A stretch of 64,000 bases of DNA from the human T2T-CHM13v2.0 reference genome, Homo sapiens, in the NCBI RefSeq assembly GCF_009914755.1, contig NC_060939.1, one strand, 5' to 3'. Below are positions 45,445-61,835 of this stretch, one piece after another. The position numbers and the translations under genes were made by a program. Position 1 is the stretch's first letter; every line of letters begins with the position of its first letter. The notes under the pieces are model-generated. The model had not been told where the DNA came from and searched no databases. It was given only the letters and a program-made list of their open reading frames with translations.

Positions 45445-46006
45445 CAAGGGGAGGAAAACAAAGATGTAAAATGTTAAAGACTGACCACTGTAAATAATAA
45501 GACTACTGTGAACTTATAATCACAAATTCTACAGTTGGGATGCTGTTACTATTACATTCTGCTTGCTTACAGAAAAATATTTGAAGAATCACATAGTCAA
45601 AAGCAAAAATCCAGAAATGGTCAAGAGAACTACGATTATTGAGCCTCACTGAGTGTTCACACTGGTGAGTAATAAAATTACAAATTATTTTACCTCTGGT
45701 AAGTCACAGAATTTTAGAACTAAGAAGCATCTCAACTTGGAGTCTACTGTTTTACATAAAAGAAACCCAAGACCAGAGAAATCAATTAATTCACTGAAGG
45801 TCATACCCTATTAAGTCATATGCCCTAGCCACACTTTCCAACCAGGCCACAAATTCAGATGGACTCAAATCTTATTGAGTACCTATCATATGCGAGGCAT
45901 TCTGCTAAACACCTTGCTAGGTGTCTGGGAACACATGCCAGGCATTTTCTAGGCACTTAAAGTTGCCTAATTCTCACAACAGGACTCTGAGATGTGTATC
46001 ATTATT

Positions 46007-46640
<634 letters not shown>

Positions 46641-47039
46641 GTTATTATCCCTGTTTAGAGAAGAAAACATTGAGTCACAGAGCGCAGAAGTAATTCTCCC
46701 AAGGTCACAAAGTTATAAGGTCAGGTTGCTGGAATTCAAGCCCAGGCAGCTGGGCTCCTAAGTATGTGTTCTTATGTGTTCTATGAGACTGTTTCTGGGG
46801 AAAGATAAAAGCACAAACAAAGGTCTTTGGGGCTTGGCTTTTGGCTTTTTAAAGGCTTAGGATGGGTGGTATTAGATGGGAGTCTTAGAGCGTGCCTGGG
46901 AACTATGCAGCTGAGAGGTGTGACTGGGGAGATTCCGAGTCTAGGACATGGTGGGTACCCGATAAAGGTTCAGTTCATTTGAGTTTGTGGCCTGGTTGCA
47001 AAGTGTAGCTAGAGTATGACCCTTAATAGGGTATGACCT

Positions 47040-48190
47040 TCAGACTGGGGCATGGGGAGATCCAGATTTTGTGGAGCTGGAAGCTAATAAAATTTGGCAG
47101 CCCTCCTTTAAAATACAAAATTATCATTGTAAAATTAGGTGCAAAAATGAATATTTACTTAGAATGAGGATGGACTCAATAAAATGCAAATTTTTAAAAG
47201 TTCAACTACCACAATCATTGCACTATCTAAAAATTTATATGATCTTTTTATTAACTGCCTGATTGACCTCCACAATGCTTTTATCCTTCCACGGTTTTTC
47301 CGTACGCTCTTTGATTGCCTCTTTTTATGACAAGGTAATATTTTCTACACCGAAAATAGATCGTTCAGTCCTTCCTCTGGCATGGCTGATAGAAATTTGA
47401 GTTTTATTCTTAACAGTTTAGAAATAATTTGTTTCACTTCCAATTAATTTCTGATTTGATCATGCACATATTTAGGACCATTGTCAAAATTGAGAAAACC
47501 TCTCAAGATTTATATATGAGCCGTGAAGTTTTAGGGTACTTCGGGTTTTCTGAATGACTAATCTTAATAGTCATTGAATTCTTTAAATCAGTGAAGCTCA
47601 ATAGCAGTTCATTGTTGATTTCTTCATTATAGTGTGTACTATAAGTTTAAATTATCTTGTCGATGCCAGTATTTTGGGAGCAAATTCAACTTAATCTGAG
47701 TTTAAGACAAATCTTTTCCCAATGCGTTCAAAAGATTCATTCAGTTAATTGGATTATGTAAAAATCCAAGGGCTTAGTCATTGCTTCTGTTAGAAATGGA
47801 ACACCTTTCTCTTAGTGAATTTCATCTTTGAACATATCTAAAATATTTTTTTACAATTTTTAATGTCAGAATGATTTCGACTGATTTCATTATTTTGAGC
47901 ATATTTTGTTCATAGTCCATTAAGTTTACCTGACTTTACTCTCAGTTCTTTTATAAACAAATCTAAAGATAATTAAATAAGTTCGTTTTCACCAAATTAG
48001 GAGTCTGTAATTTCTCACTTCTTTTATTGAAATGTTCCCAAACATATTTCCGAATTCCAAAGCTTTATCAACTTTTCGAATAGTCCTTTTCCTCTCATTT
48101 ATGTTCAGATTCCTCTTCCAAGACTTTGAAAATATCTTTTATTTGGTTTCTTTTACATAAAACAGTAGACTCCAAGTTGAGATGCTTCTT
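47040..48190 (-). mobile_element. hAT (Tip100/Zaphod-like) transposon fossil with transposase C-terminus
   Basis: Minus-strand ISKLLRIKLKFLSAMPEEGLNDL (~47358-47430) resembles the hAT dimerisation domain. AT-rich body. Confidence 0.7.
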
Positions 48191-48192
48191 AG

Positions 48193-48487
<295 letters not shown>

Positions 48488-48539
48488 CCTCCCCTTATGT
48501 TTTTATAAATCTCTAGATTTTGGAGTTATGCACTCCAAA

Positions 48540-48755
48540 TTGCTTAATTTTTTGTGTCTACTTGGCTAGGCTATGGTGCCCAGTTTGGTCAAACACTAGT
48601 CTGTCTAGATGTTGCTGTGAAAGTACTTGAAAAGGTGATTAACATTTATGCCAAGATGACTTTAAGTAGAGAGATTACCTTCCATAAGGTGGGTGAGCCT
48701 CTTCCAATCAATTGAAGACCCTAAGAGTGAAGACTGAGGTTTCCTGAAGAAGAAA
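48540..48755 (+). mobile_element. MLT2-like ERVL LTR fragment
   Basis: CTTGGCTAGGCTATGGTGCCCAG...GATGTTGCTGTGAA...GAGGTTTCCTGAAGAAGAA. Confidence 0.7.
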
Positions 48756-49359
48756 CATAAGTCATATTCGCTGGTTCCAAGATGTGGATGGTAGCTTTCC
48801 AGGAGGGAGGAGACAGCCCACCTCTGAGAGATGCTGCATCTCTCAGCAGAGTCACCCCGCAGCGCCACGGTGGGCTTAGCAGAGTGAGAACAGTAGAAAC
48901 CATGAGCAAAACAGCAAGGTCTTGAGGGTCAGAGAGAATTTGAGTCCTGGTTCACGAGCTGTATCTGAGACTGTTTTCTTATTGTAGACAGGAAAATCAG
49001 ACTTGCCTTGTTCAGATGGTTGAGCTGACATTTACAAAATGGAAGCTGTTTCTATGCTCATGATCAGGGGTGGGATTTGGGAGAGGGAGACTTTACACTA
49101 TAAGGTGTTGCTTCAGCCCAACCCCTCTTTGCACGGATGAAACTTACTTTCATATGATTACAAAGAAACAGCAAAGATAACTAGCTGCTGGGATTAGCAC
49201 AACTTCTTCAGCAGTCTAGGTACTTGTTTCCCACACCTGGTCTGGCATTAGAATTAGCTGGGGATCTCGTTAGAAATGCAGGTTCCGTTAGTCTCCAGAG
49301 CTACTGAACAGAATCTCCCAAGGTAGGATTTGGGAATATGTATTTTTTTTTAAATCTAT

Positions 49360-49860
49360 GTAGCTCAAACAGACATTTATGCACTTATGTTCAAAACAGC
49401 ATTATTGACAAAAGCCAAAATGTGGAAGCACTCCAAGTGTCCATCAACAGGTGCACGGATAAACACAATGTGGCGTATTCAGACAATAGAATATGACTCA
49501 GCCTTGAAAAAGGAGATTGGGACATAGGCTACAGCATAGATGAAGCTTGAGGACATTTTGCTAAGTGAAGTAAGCCAGAACACAAAAGGATTCTACTTAT
49601 ATGAGGCACCTAGAATAGTAGAATTCAGAGACAGAAAGTAGAATGGTGGTTGCCAGCGGCTGGGGAGAGTGGGGAATGGGGAGTTGGTGTTTAATGCATA
49701 CAGAGTTTCAGTTTTAGATGATGGGAAACTTCTGGAGATGGACAGTGGTGATGGCTGCATAACAATCTGAATATATTTAATGTTACTGAGCTATACACGG
49801 AAAGATGGTCAAAATGGTAAATTTTGTGTTACACACATTTTACGACAACAACAACAAAAA
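49360..49860 (+). mobile_element. L1MB-like 3' end
   Basis: GACAGAAAGTAGAATGGTGGTTGCCAG...GGAGATGGACAGTGGTGATGG. Confidence 0.85.
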
Positions 49861-49870
49861 AGGCTGCACA

Positions 49871-50175
<305 letters not shown>

Positions 50176-50607
50176 CTATTCTAATGAATCTGAGAATTTA
50201 GGATTGAAGCTCGTCTCTTCCTATTCTTTTGTCCCTAGCTTATACTGCACCCTTCCTTCCTGATGCTCACCATCCCAAGCATGCATTTAGACAGGGATGT
50301 AGCTGGCACTGCGGAGGACCCAGTGTTCCCTGGAGGAACATACGGTCGCAGCACTGGGAGGTAGAACAGTTCAGCTAGAAGAGCTGGTGAGCCCCCTCTC
50401 CTTCCTCTCAGTCCTCTCCACCAGCCAGGGTGATGACAGCCATGCTTAGGGAGGTGAGAGCCGGGCCCACTCAGGCGTCTGAGACCAAACTTCCCCATCA
50501 ATAATGTGGCCCAGGCTTCTCACCAGCTCTGAGCTGCCACCCCCAACATCATACAGCCAGGACAACCAGCCTCAGTGCAGCTCATTCTCACCTCCTAGCA
50601 GGGGTAG

Positions 50608-51125
<518 letters not shown>

Positions 51126-51876
51126 TTAAGATAGTGGTTAAATACTGCTAAATAATTAATTGCTCTCTTGAATTGGTGTAATCTGCCTGCTTATGCTTTT
51201 CTGGTTGCTTTTGATAGTCCTTTGGATAAATTCAAAAGTGGTATTCATAATTGAAGAGCATATAGGTAGTCACACAACCACACTCACACTCATAATGAGA
51301 GGTGGCCCCTCCTTCACTCTTCAAGTCAAAATCGATACCAGGCAGTTAGAGTCTCCAACATCAAACTGTCTCTTTCCTGCTCTTCCTGGAACAGACACAA
51401 GGTGTCAAGTCTATGTATAGAGGTTTGGCGCGAACCAAGTGCAAGAGCTTTTCATTTTGTTCAATGATTATGACAGGTGCTGGGTCCCAACAGACTTTAA
51501 ATAGAGCAATCATATGTTCTGTGACAAAGAACACTAAGGGAGAGAAAGTAGGAAATAGAAAGTGGAATGTGACTTTTTATTCAGCCGGGACTTCAGAAGA
51601 GGGGAACAGAGAAAGCCAATCAGTTGGTTCCAAGAGACAAAGCTGTGGGAGCAGAAAGCTCTGGACAAGTGGAACTCTTGTCAGGGAAGTCAGTGTCCCT
51701 GGTAAAATGAGAGGCAAAGCAGATGGGCCAGCAGTAGGGGAGCCTTTGTGAGTGGGTTGGGGGGCAGATGAAGGACATCCTGAAAGAAGATAGGTGAGTA
51801 ATCATGGCCAGAATGCCTCCATTTACAAAATAGCTGTGAAGGACAGATGAGAAAATGAAAGATGGGATTTCTCTGA

Positions 51877-52250
<374 letters not shown>

Positions 52251-52293
52251 TGAATATGCTTCTGAATCTTAGAAGTTTGTGCTATTTGCTGTA

Positions 52294-52511
52294 CAGGTTG
52301 AGTATCCCTTACTGGAAATGTTTGGGACCATAAATGTTTCAGATTTGGTAATATTTGCATTGTACACACAGGTTGAACATTCCTAATCTGAAAATCCAAA
52401 ATCTCAAATGTTCCAAGGAGCATTTCCTTTGAATATCATGTTGACATTCAAAAAGTTTTGAATTTTGGAGCATTTTCAATTTCAGATTTTCGGATTAGGA
52501 TGCTGAACCTG
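52294..52511. mobile_element. Tigger4a/Zombi-like MITE
   Basis: TA-CAGGTTGAGTATCCC...GGATGCTGAACCTG-TA: TIRs with TA duplication. Confidence 0.85.
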
Positions 52512-52727
52512 TATTAATTATCTAGAAAAAAACAGAAAACAGATAAATTCATGAGTACACAAATTGGGGGTGATTAAACGGGCAAAAAAATCAGAAATCA
52601 TAGATTGAGAGAGGATTTTTTTTCCTGGATTGTAAATAAAACATAGTTAAATTAGACTGTACATATAAAATTACAATATTTATAGGTTAAAAATAGCAGA
52701 TTATTGGCAAGTTCACATGGTTTAATC

Positions 52728-53425
52728 CAGGGTTTCTCAACCTTGGCACAGTTGACGTTTTGATCATTCTTGGTTGGGTTGTGATATGTTCAACAGCATC
52801 CTTGACTTCTACCAGGTGGTGCCAGGAGCATCTCCCCAGTTGTGACAATTGTCAATGTTTTCTGTGTATCTAGCAGAACTGGCAGTACAATTTGTGGGGC
52901 CCAATGCCAAATAAAAATGTGGGGCCTCTTGTACAAATATGTATTAAGAGTTTTGGCTGGGCATGGTGGCTCACGCCTGTAGTCCCAGCACCTTGGGATG
53001 AATCGCTTGAGGTCAGGAGTTCGAGACCAACTTTGCCAACATGGTGAAACCTTGTTTCTACTAAAAATACAAAATTAGCCAGGCATGGTGGCACATACAT
53101 GTAATCCCAGCTACTTGGAAGGCTGAGGCAGGAGAATCACTTGAACCCAGGAGGTGGAGGTTGCACTGAGCTGGAGGTTGCAGTGAGCTGAGATTGCACC
53201 ACTGCACTCCAGCCTGGGCGACAGAGCAAGACTCCATCTCAACCACAACAAAAGAATTTTAAGACAGCAACAGCAGAGCATTAAATCAAGTGTGGGGCCG
53301 GGGTCCTTCTAAGCTTGGTACCCCATTTGACTGCTCAACCCCCACACCCACAAAGATGACCCCGATCTCCAGATAGTGCCAAATGTCCCCCGGGGGCTAG
53401 ATTGTCCCCCATTGAGAGCCACTGG
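52728..53425. mobile_element. Nest: MER20-like split by MER45A-like split by Alu (52955-53255)
   Basis: CAGGGTTTCTCAACCTTGGCAC...GTTGTGACAA resumes at GCCAAATGTCCCC...TTGAGAGCCACTG. Confidence 0.7.
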
Positions 53426-53539
53426 TTTAATTTAATACATTTAGGTTTACATGTACATATGCTCAGAGTCATTAAAAAAGAAAATTGCATGAATGCTTTA
53501 CAAAATGCATAATATCAAGTGCCAGAAGGTTTGGGTGGC

Positions 53540-53740
53540 AGCCAAATCTGGCCCACCATCTGTTTTTGTGAATAAAGCTTTATTGGAACACAGCCATGCT
53601 CATTTGTTTACATATTGGTTGAGGCTGCTTTCGTGTTGCAACAGCAGAGTTGAGAAGTTGCAACTGAGACCGTATGGCCCGCAAGGCCTAAATATTTACT
53701 ATTTGGCCCTTTATGGAAAAAGTTTGCCAATCCTGTTCTA
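53540..53740. mobile_element. MER58A-like hAT MITE
   Basis: TTTATTGGAACACAGCCATGCTCATT...GGCCCTTTA..GAAAAAGTTTGCC. Confidence 0.8.
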
Positions 53741-55290
53741 GAGGACTGAGTTTTCAACCTGTGGCGGTGCTGGTGGTGGAACAGGTGGAATTAGCTAGAA
53801 GTCCCTGGAGCGTGGACTTCTCCAGCCCTTATTATCCATACAAGCTAGAGCAGCTAGGGCACTTGTTGGGAGGTAATAGGAAATGGCTCCAGATTATTTA
53901 AGCAAAAGAATATTTATAGGAAGGATGTAGGGGTGTTTACAGAATCAATGGTTGGCTTAATTAATGCATTAAGTAGTGTGTGGAGTGCACACAGGGGAAC
54001 ACATTGCTCTCTTTTGTGTTCAGCTTGCTAGCTCAGTTGGTATCTAGAGGAGAAAACTATCAGGATGGAAGATATTTGAGTGTTACAAGAGTTGTAGGCT
54101 GGCAAAAGGTAGCGTCCAGGTTAGTTTTTATTTTATCTAGACAGATTCATTTCATTCGTAATATTCTTTTGAATTTCGGTTACTTTCTGTTTTTCATTTT
54201 TTAAAAAATACTACATTTCTTGGGGGAAGGGTTTGGTGGAAGCAGTTGAAAGGAAGGCAGTTTGATGGAAACTCAAGTGGTTTTTGATGAGTAATAATAA
54301 TTATTATTATAGGTTTCCTACCTAAGCCGTCTCAGTGGGTAGTGTTTGCAAATTAAACACACTATAAAATATTCAGCCGTTTGCCACAATCTCGACTGAT
54401 TTGCATAATCCCCTTGCACGCGCTCTGGGGTGAGCAATTCCCTAATTAATTATTAAATTCCCATCTGTACTCCGTGAGTGGGATAATGAAATTCCAGCAA
54501 GCCTTGAGAAAAGCCGAGCAACGCCCTCTGGAGAAGGCTCCTTGGCTTTCCCAGGCTTGGGTCCTTCTTCCAGCCAGGGGTCCCTTCCGAAATATCTCCC
54601 CGAAGGACTAATTGTAGATTTGGCTGGTGACTGAAACAGCTCCGACCTTCCTGTAACCCGGGATTCCACGGTTCTGGTCTCAGCCCCATACCACACACAG
54701 CCAGGCCACCAAGGAATCACCAGTGGCATGTCCAATATGGCTTTATAAGGACATTTCCAAACCCATCGTAGGTTTGGTTTAAGGACAGCCTCTGAGGTTC
54801 GTTGCTATTCCCCTATTACCTCATTTTTGGGTGCATTTTTTTTTCCATATGGCCAAAGACCAGTTTTATTCTCTAGTCATTTGAAAGGAATTTGAAAGCC
54901 ACTTTTCTTTCCTTTTTCCAATTTTTTTGATAAACCCACGACACCCTCCCTGCGGCTCTGGGAACTACAGGCCCAGAACAGTTGTAGGCAGGGCGGGTGG
55001 GTGTGGTGGGTGAAGAGGCAGAGTCGCCGTGGTGATATTGGTGTTGCTGGTGGCTGGGTAAGCGGGTAGCTGAGCATTCAAGTGCAACACAGGGCCCTGA
55101 AAAGCTGGTTTAGTCCAGGGTTTCTGGACGGAAACCTGAAAACTGAAAACTGACACTGAAGCCTGAAAAGCTGGCTTGTTCACCTGAGAAATGACATTTC
55201 TGAGACAGTTCACTGTGGGCCACTCAGGTGGCTCTTGTCTGGGGGGCGTTGTCTCTCGGTAGACTCTTTGTATTTAAAAAAATAGCTTTT

Positions 55291-55436
55291 GGCTGGTGTG
55301 GTGGCTCATGCCTGTAATCCCAATACTTTTGGAGGCCAAGGTGGGAGGATTGCTTGAGGCCAGGAGTTCAAGACTACCCTGGCCAACCCAGCAAGATCCC
55401 TGTCTTTGTTTTTTTATTTTAAAAACAAAACAAAAC
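55291..55436 (+). mobile_element. Free left Alu monomer (FLAM-like)
   Basis: Single arm followed by an A-rich tail. Confidence 0.8.
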
Positions 55437-55878
55437 AGCTTTTACTAGTCCATGCTGTCTTTAGATACACCAAAGAGAAATGTTTATAAAATTGCTGCTA
55501 TTTGAGATTTCTTGGGGTCACGTGCTCCTCCAACTTTCCTGTACAAACAAATCACCTAGCAATGTTGTTAACATTGCATGTTCTGATTCTGTGGGTCTGG
55601 AGTGGGGCCTGAGATTCCGCATTTCTGGGAGACTCTCAGATGTTGCAATTGCTGCAGACCACACAGCAATAGCAATATCAATAGCAATAGCAATATCAAG
55701 AAGCTGGGCGATAAGGGCATACTTGTAAACAGGGAAGAAATCAGATTTACATGCAAATGTGAAGATTCAACCTGATAAGTTCATGTGTACTTTTTAAGCT
55801 TTTTAGTGAAAGGCATGATTGGCTGGGATTAGAGCAAAGCCAGCATTAAAATTATGTTCTTATTAGGATCATTTTTCC

Positions 55879-56167
55879 TTTTTTTTTTTTTTGAGACAGG
55901 GTCTTGCTGTGTTGTCCAGGCTGGAGTGCGGTGGGGTGATCATGACTCACCGCAGCCTCAAACTCCTGGGCTCAAGTGATCCTCCAGTCTCAGCAGCCTA
56001 GTTGCTGGGATGACAAGCGTGGGCCACTATGCCTGGCTAATTTTTTTTTGTAGAGACGAGGTCTTGCTGTGTTGCCCAGGCTGGTCTTGAACTTCTGGCC
56101 TCAAGTGATCCTCCTGTCTTGGCCTCCCAAAATGCTGAGATTACAGGCACGAGCCACCGTGCCTAGC
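55879..56167 (-). mobile_element. AluJ-like element
   Basis: Diverged full dimer. Confidence 0.9.
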
Positions 56168-57842
56168 TGGATCTTTTTTTTTTTTTTTTTCATTTCAACT
56201 AGGCCTGTGTTAAAATTTAGAAGTGGATCTAGAATTGCCCCTGGGGTCTGAGTGTATTGTTGACCTGATGTAATTGTGAGGTGTTTTTGTTGTTGTTGTT
56301 TTTGTTTTTCTTTCTTTCTTTTACCAGCTGGATGTGACTTATAGGAAGTTTTCTAATCTCTTTGAAATTATTTATCCATCTGTAAAATGAGGATCATAAC
56401 AGCTGGTATCACTGGGTGTGAACTCTGGAATTACACTGACTTGGGTTCAAATTCCAGCTTTGCTACTACTGTGTTTTTTTTCCTTTTCTGAGCCTCAGTC
56501 TCATCTGTTAGTACAGAACCAAGCTAGGACCTGTCCTCTAGGATTGTTTCAAGGATTTGATGAGGAACAGTGCCTGGCACATGGCAGATGCTCAGTCAGG
56601 CTAGGAGCAGCAGCGCTCTAGCAGTCTGTGGAAAGCCTGCCTGTCGGCCGGTTTAAGACAGACATGCCCAAAGAGGGACAGGGAGGAGGGAGTGGGCTGA
56701 AGGTTTGGGAGGCAATCTGTTCTTCCATTTCCTATTGGTGAAGTGTTCATTCTTGTGCAATTACTGTGTGAGGTTCAGGGGATACCTAAAGAAGAATCTC
56801 AAAGGCATCCTGTAAGAAAGTGGTCGAAAGTCTGGTAGGAGCAAAGCAAATGCCAAATCAGACACAAACCAAAAAATCGTCATCCCCCCCGGAGGCTGAC
56901 TGATCAGAATGGCCCCCTGGGTGACGAAAATCATGCAGTGATTCCACTGCAGGTTGTGAGGATAAAAGTGCAGAAGAGCAAGACGCTACATTGGAGCGGC
57001 CAGCCGCGCTGCTGAGGACCGCTCTTTCTGTCTGAATCCTCTGAAGCCCCAGGCCTCCCAGTGAGGCAGCAGCCAGGAAGCTGAGTGAGGTTAATGTGCT
57101 ACTGGTTGATCTGATGTCCGAGGAGGTTGCAAACTGGTGGCCTGTATGTGCTCAGCTTGCAGATGCGTTTTATTCCCCAACCCCCAGACTGTTTCTTTAA
57201 ACATGTGGATTACCTGCCATCATTAAAAATGTTGAAGATTTCATATCAGAGCCCAAATTCTAACTACAAACATAAAATGAGCAATTATGAGCCCGTGTTG
57301 CTGGTGGCAGCAATGTGTTGGTTCTGAATAAAGTCTGGGCCCGGATCTGGGCATACCTTCTCAGAGGGCTCATCCTCACCACCTGGCCTGCTTCAGGCAT
57401 CACAGTCCCTGCCTGGCCTCTGTAGGCCTTTTAGTTTGTGACTGTTTTATTTCTTGTGCCTTCGGCCACAATTTGTCATTCAATTCTTCTGTTTGGGGGC
57501 AGAGGAGCTGCATTTATCAAAATATTATTGCTTCCCCCCATCTTTATCTCCTTAAAGCCTCGTTACCAGTAGCCACTGAACAATGAAAGGTGTATCAGAC
57601 TCAGAATCAGAAGATCTGGGTGTTGTCTAGGTGTTGATGCTTACCAGCTTTGGAACCTTGGGCAAACAATCTTTCCAAGTCATAGCTTCTTTGTCAATTG
57701 GTGGCTCATAATCATAATGACTGAATGGGCAGTAAGGGAAAGGTGTCTGCGGACTCCCTAGGGTGTGGAGCTACAGGAGGGGAGGGTGGGGATGTGATGC
57801 CTCGAGACTATCGAGGAAGATGGAGTTGAAGTAGGCAATTAA

Positions 57843-58479
<637 letters not shown>

Positions 58480-60321
58480 TCATTAAAATGCACAGGCTCC
58501 CAAGAGAGTCTGTTAGGAAGTCATTGGTAGAGTGTTCCCCTGGCTGTAGGGGAGAGAGGGCTCTTGGCAGCCTTCTAGAGACCCCTCCAGTGCCCTGGTG
58601 GAAGCTGAGCAGCTGAAGCTGGCTTGGGAAGTTCACAGTGCCAGACTGATGTTTCCCCACCAAGCGCGCCCTGTGGGTGGGGAGAAAGGAACATGAACAT
58701 TTGGGTCCCTGCTGAGGAACATCTGGTGGTTGGTTAGTGTGACAGTCAAGACAGAGTTAAAAATAGGATTTTGGCCCCTTCTGTCTGGAGCCATCACTAT
58801 GCATTGAAGACTGGAGAAAATAATGTAATCTGATTGTTCCGTTGGGTCATTTCTGGGAATATAAAGACATTTTTCCAAAACTGGAAGCCTGTGTGCATTG
58901 AGAGAGTAATTCAGGACTCCATTCTGTATCCTCCCTTGGCCTCCCCATGGTCTTCCCCTTCCCGGCCTCCTGCTCCACAGCGGATGCCTGTTCCCCTTGA
59001 AACTCGACTTCGTTAGAGATGACCCAGTTTTTTCCGCACTGAACTCTGCCAGGGTTGAAGATGCATTTGGCTGCTTGAGAAAACCCCAGCCTGCTGCCCC
59101 TCACTGCACTGCATTTGGCAAAGGTCTTCTGCAGAAGGAATGCTGAGAATTTCCCTTTCCATCATGTCAGATCATCTGGCTTGGTCCTGGCCCTTCCCCA
59201 CGAGCCCAGTGGACACAGCTGGAGCAGGGCGGGGCCCAGGCACATTGCTGAGCTGGGAGCTGAAGCTTTCCCTTCTGCTTGAAGGCCACAGCGGAGCAGG
59301 GCTGACCCAGGCCAGCATTTCCCAGGTGGCATGGGGGAAGGCTCTGAGCCTGATACACAAGTGGAAGGAGACGGGCAAAGGCCTGCTCCTCTCGTGTAAG
59401 CTTTAATCCTGGGATTAAACCCATGAACTTCCCCAAAGCACCTCACTATTTGACGAGGAGATCTTCAAGAAAGAGTCACTTCTGCAGGGGTGGACCCAGG
59501 TTTTGGGTGACCTGAAGTTCCTAGGATTTTCTGAATCCTCCTTGAGAAGATAAAATTAAGTCCAGCGTCTTAGGAGGGGCCTTTGGAAAGGAGGGCCTCT
59601 GAGGCCCAAGCTAAGTTAGTGTCGTGGTGAATCTGCCATTCCCATCTCCGTTGTAAGAGGCAGAAAATCAGACTTAAGAGCTGGGAAGACATTTTGGAAT
59701 GGGCTTTGGTTGTTCATTTAGGAACCTGCCTTTGCCGGGCCATCTGATGGCCAGGGGGTCACTGAGGACTGGGGCAGTGGGCCTGGGGCCCGTGGGGTCT
59801 GATGTGTGTAGAGGCACACATGGGAGCTGGTACTGCTGGGGGAAGTCCATGGGACCAGTTTAAAGTCAGCAGGCAAGATCAGGTCAGCTAAAATGACAAG
59901 TGGAGGATAGCAGGATGCCAGTCAGGGAGGCCACTGAGCTCCAAGAGCCAGATAGGATCTGATGTAGGAGGAAGCAGGTCGGAAATGAGCTTGGAGGTGG
60001 GTAATGTTATGCGGTGGCCTCGGGTAACATTTATGAGCCGCTCAATGTATGGCTATCTCAGGTTGGCTTCCAGGTAGAATGGGTAGAGTTTTATTTGCTA
60101 GATTTTGCACGATAGTTTGGGAGTTGAGCATTTTCACCTCACAGCCTCATAGATCTGGGTTTCAACACAGGCCCAGTTGCCTCTATTTGCTGGGTGGCTA
60201 GATCATACCAACCTCTAGGAGAAAGAGAAGTGACTGCCTTTGGAAGTGGACAGGTTCCAACCCTAAGTCTGTCATGTCCCAGCTTTGAGCCTCATATTTC
60301 TGTATCCATAAGACTCTTATC

Positions 60322-60633
<312 letters not shown>

Positions 60634-60723
60634 TCATGTCATACATGTTTTTGAAAAGGTGTGATGGTCAAAATAATTGACACAGGTAAAGTCTTATTGC
60701 TAAATTTTTAAATACAACTCTCG

Positions 60724-61040
60724 GGCTGGGCGCGGTGGCTCACGCCTATAATCCCAGCACTTTGGGAGGCTGATGTGGGCAGATCACGAGGTCAGGAGAT
60801 CGAGACCATCCTGGCTAACACGGTGAAACCCCATCTCTACTAAAAAAATACAAAAAAAAAAGAAAATTAGCCAGGCGTGGTGGCACGCACCTATAGTCCC
60901 GGCTACTCGGGAGGCTGAGGTAGGAGAATGGCGTGAACCCGGGGGAAGCGGAGCTTACAGTGAGCCGAGATCACGCCACTGCACTCCAGCCTGGGTGACA
61001 GAGTGAGACTCTGTCTCAAAACAAACAAACAAAAACAAAA
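60724..61040 (+). mobile_element. AluY-like element
   Basis: Full dimer with (CAAA)n tail. Confidence 0.95.
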
Positions 61041-61539
61041 ACTCTCTAGAAACCAGCAGATGCAAATCAGTAAGTATGTACCACTTACAAGCTTGGTCTA
61101 ATAGACATGTAGAGAACCCAATCAGCAGAGTCGGTGCACACTTCTCAGGCCCCCATGGAACACTGACACACACCTGACCACATTCTAGGCCTCAAAGTCT
61201 CAAGTCTTAAGGGTGTGTATCATACAGACTCCAGGCCTTGCAACCATATTCATGGGCTAATCCTAGCAACGTTACTGAGCTTGCTTATTGATCTGCATGT
61301 GACAATACCCACGGTTCTGGCAAACTTAATGTCAAATGGAAACATTGAGCTGCAGAATATAAACATAAGTTGATATGAATTATTACATTTTAAAACACAG
61401 AATATTGTTTGTTTATAAATAAACACTTAGGTAGCAAAAAGCCTAAAGACACAGAAGGAAGGATCTACCTATTGATGAGAGTTTCAGAGGTTACTTTACT
61501 TGTACCTGAAATGTTGTGTTTAAAGCATAAAAAGGCCTG

Positions 61540-61835
61540 GGCCAGGCACAGTGGCTCATGCCTGTAATTCCAGTACTTTGGGAGGCCGAGGCAGACTGAT
61601 CACCTGCGGTCAGGAGTTCAAGACCAGCCTGGCCAATATGGCGAAACCCCATCTCTACAAAAGTACAAAAATTAGCCGGGCATGATGGCGGGTGTCTGTA
61701 ATCTCAGATACTTGGGAGGCTGAGATGGGGAGAATCGCTTGAACCCGGGAGGCACAGGTTGCACTCCAGCCAACATTGCACTCCAACCTGGGCGACAGAG
61801 CAAGACTCCATCTCAAAAAACAAACAGACATAAAA
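61540..61835 (+). mobile_element. Alu
   Basis: Dimer with an altered right arm. Confidence 0.9.

Noticed and set aside
55665-55697. (AGCAAT/ATCAAT)n hexamer repeat
   Set aside because: Short simple repeat beside a MER5 fragment, with no evidence of function.
56908-56926. Second CTCF site (minus CACCCAGGGGGCCA)
   Set aside because: Three mismatches to the core consensus; not supportable without ChIP data.
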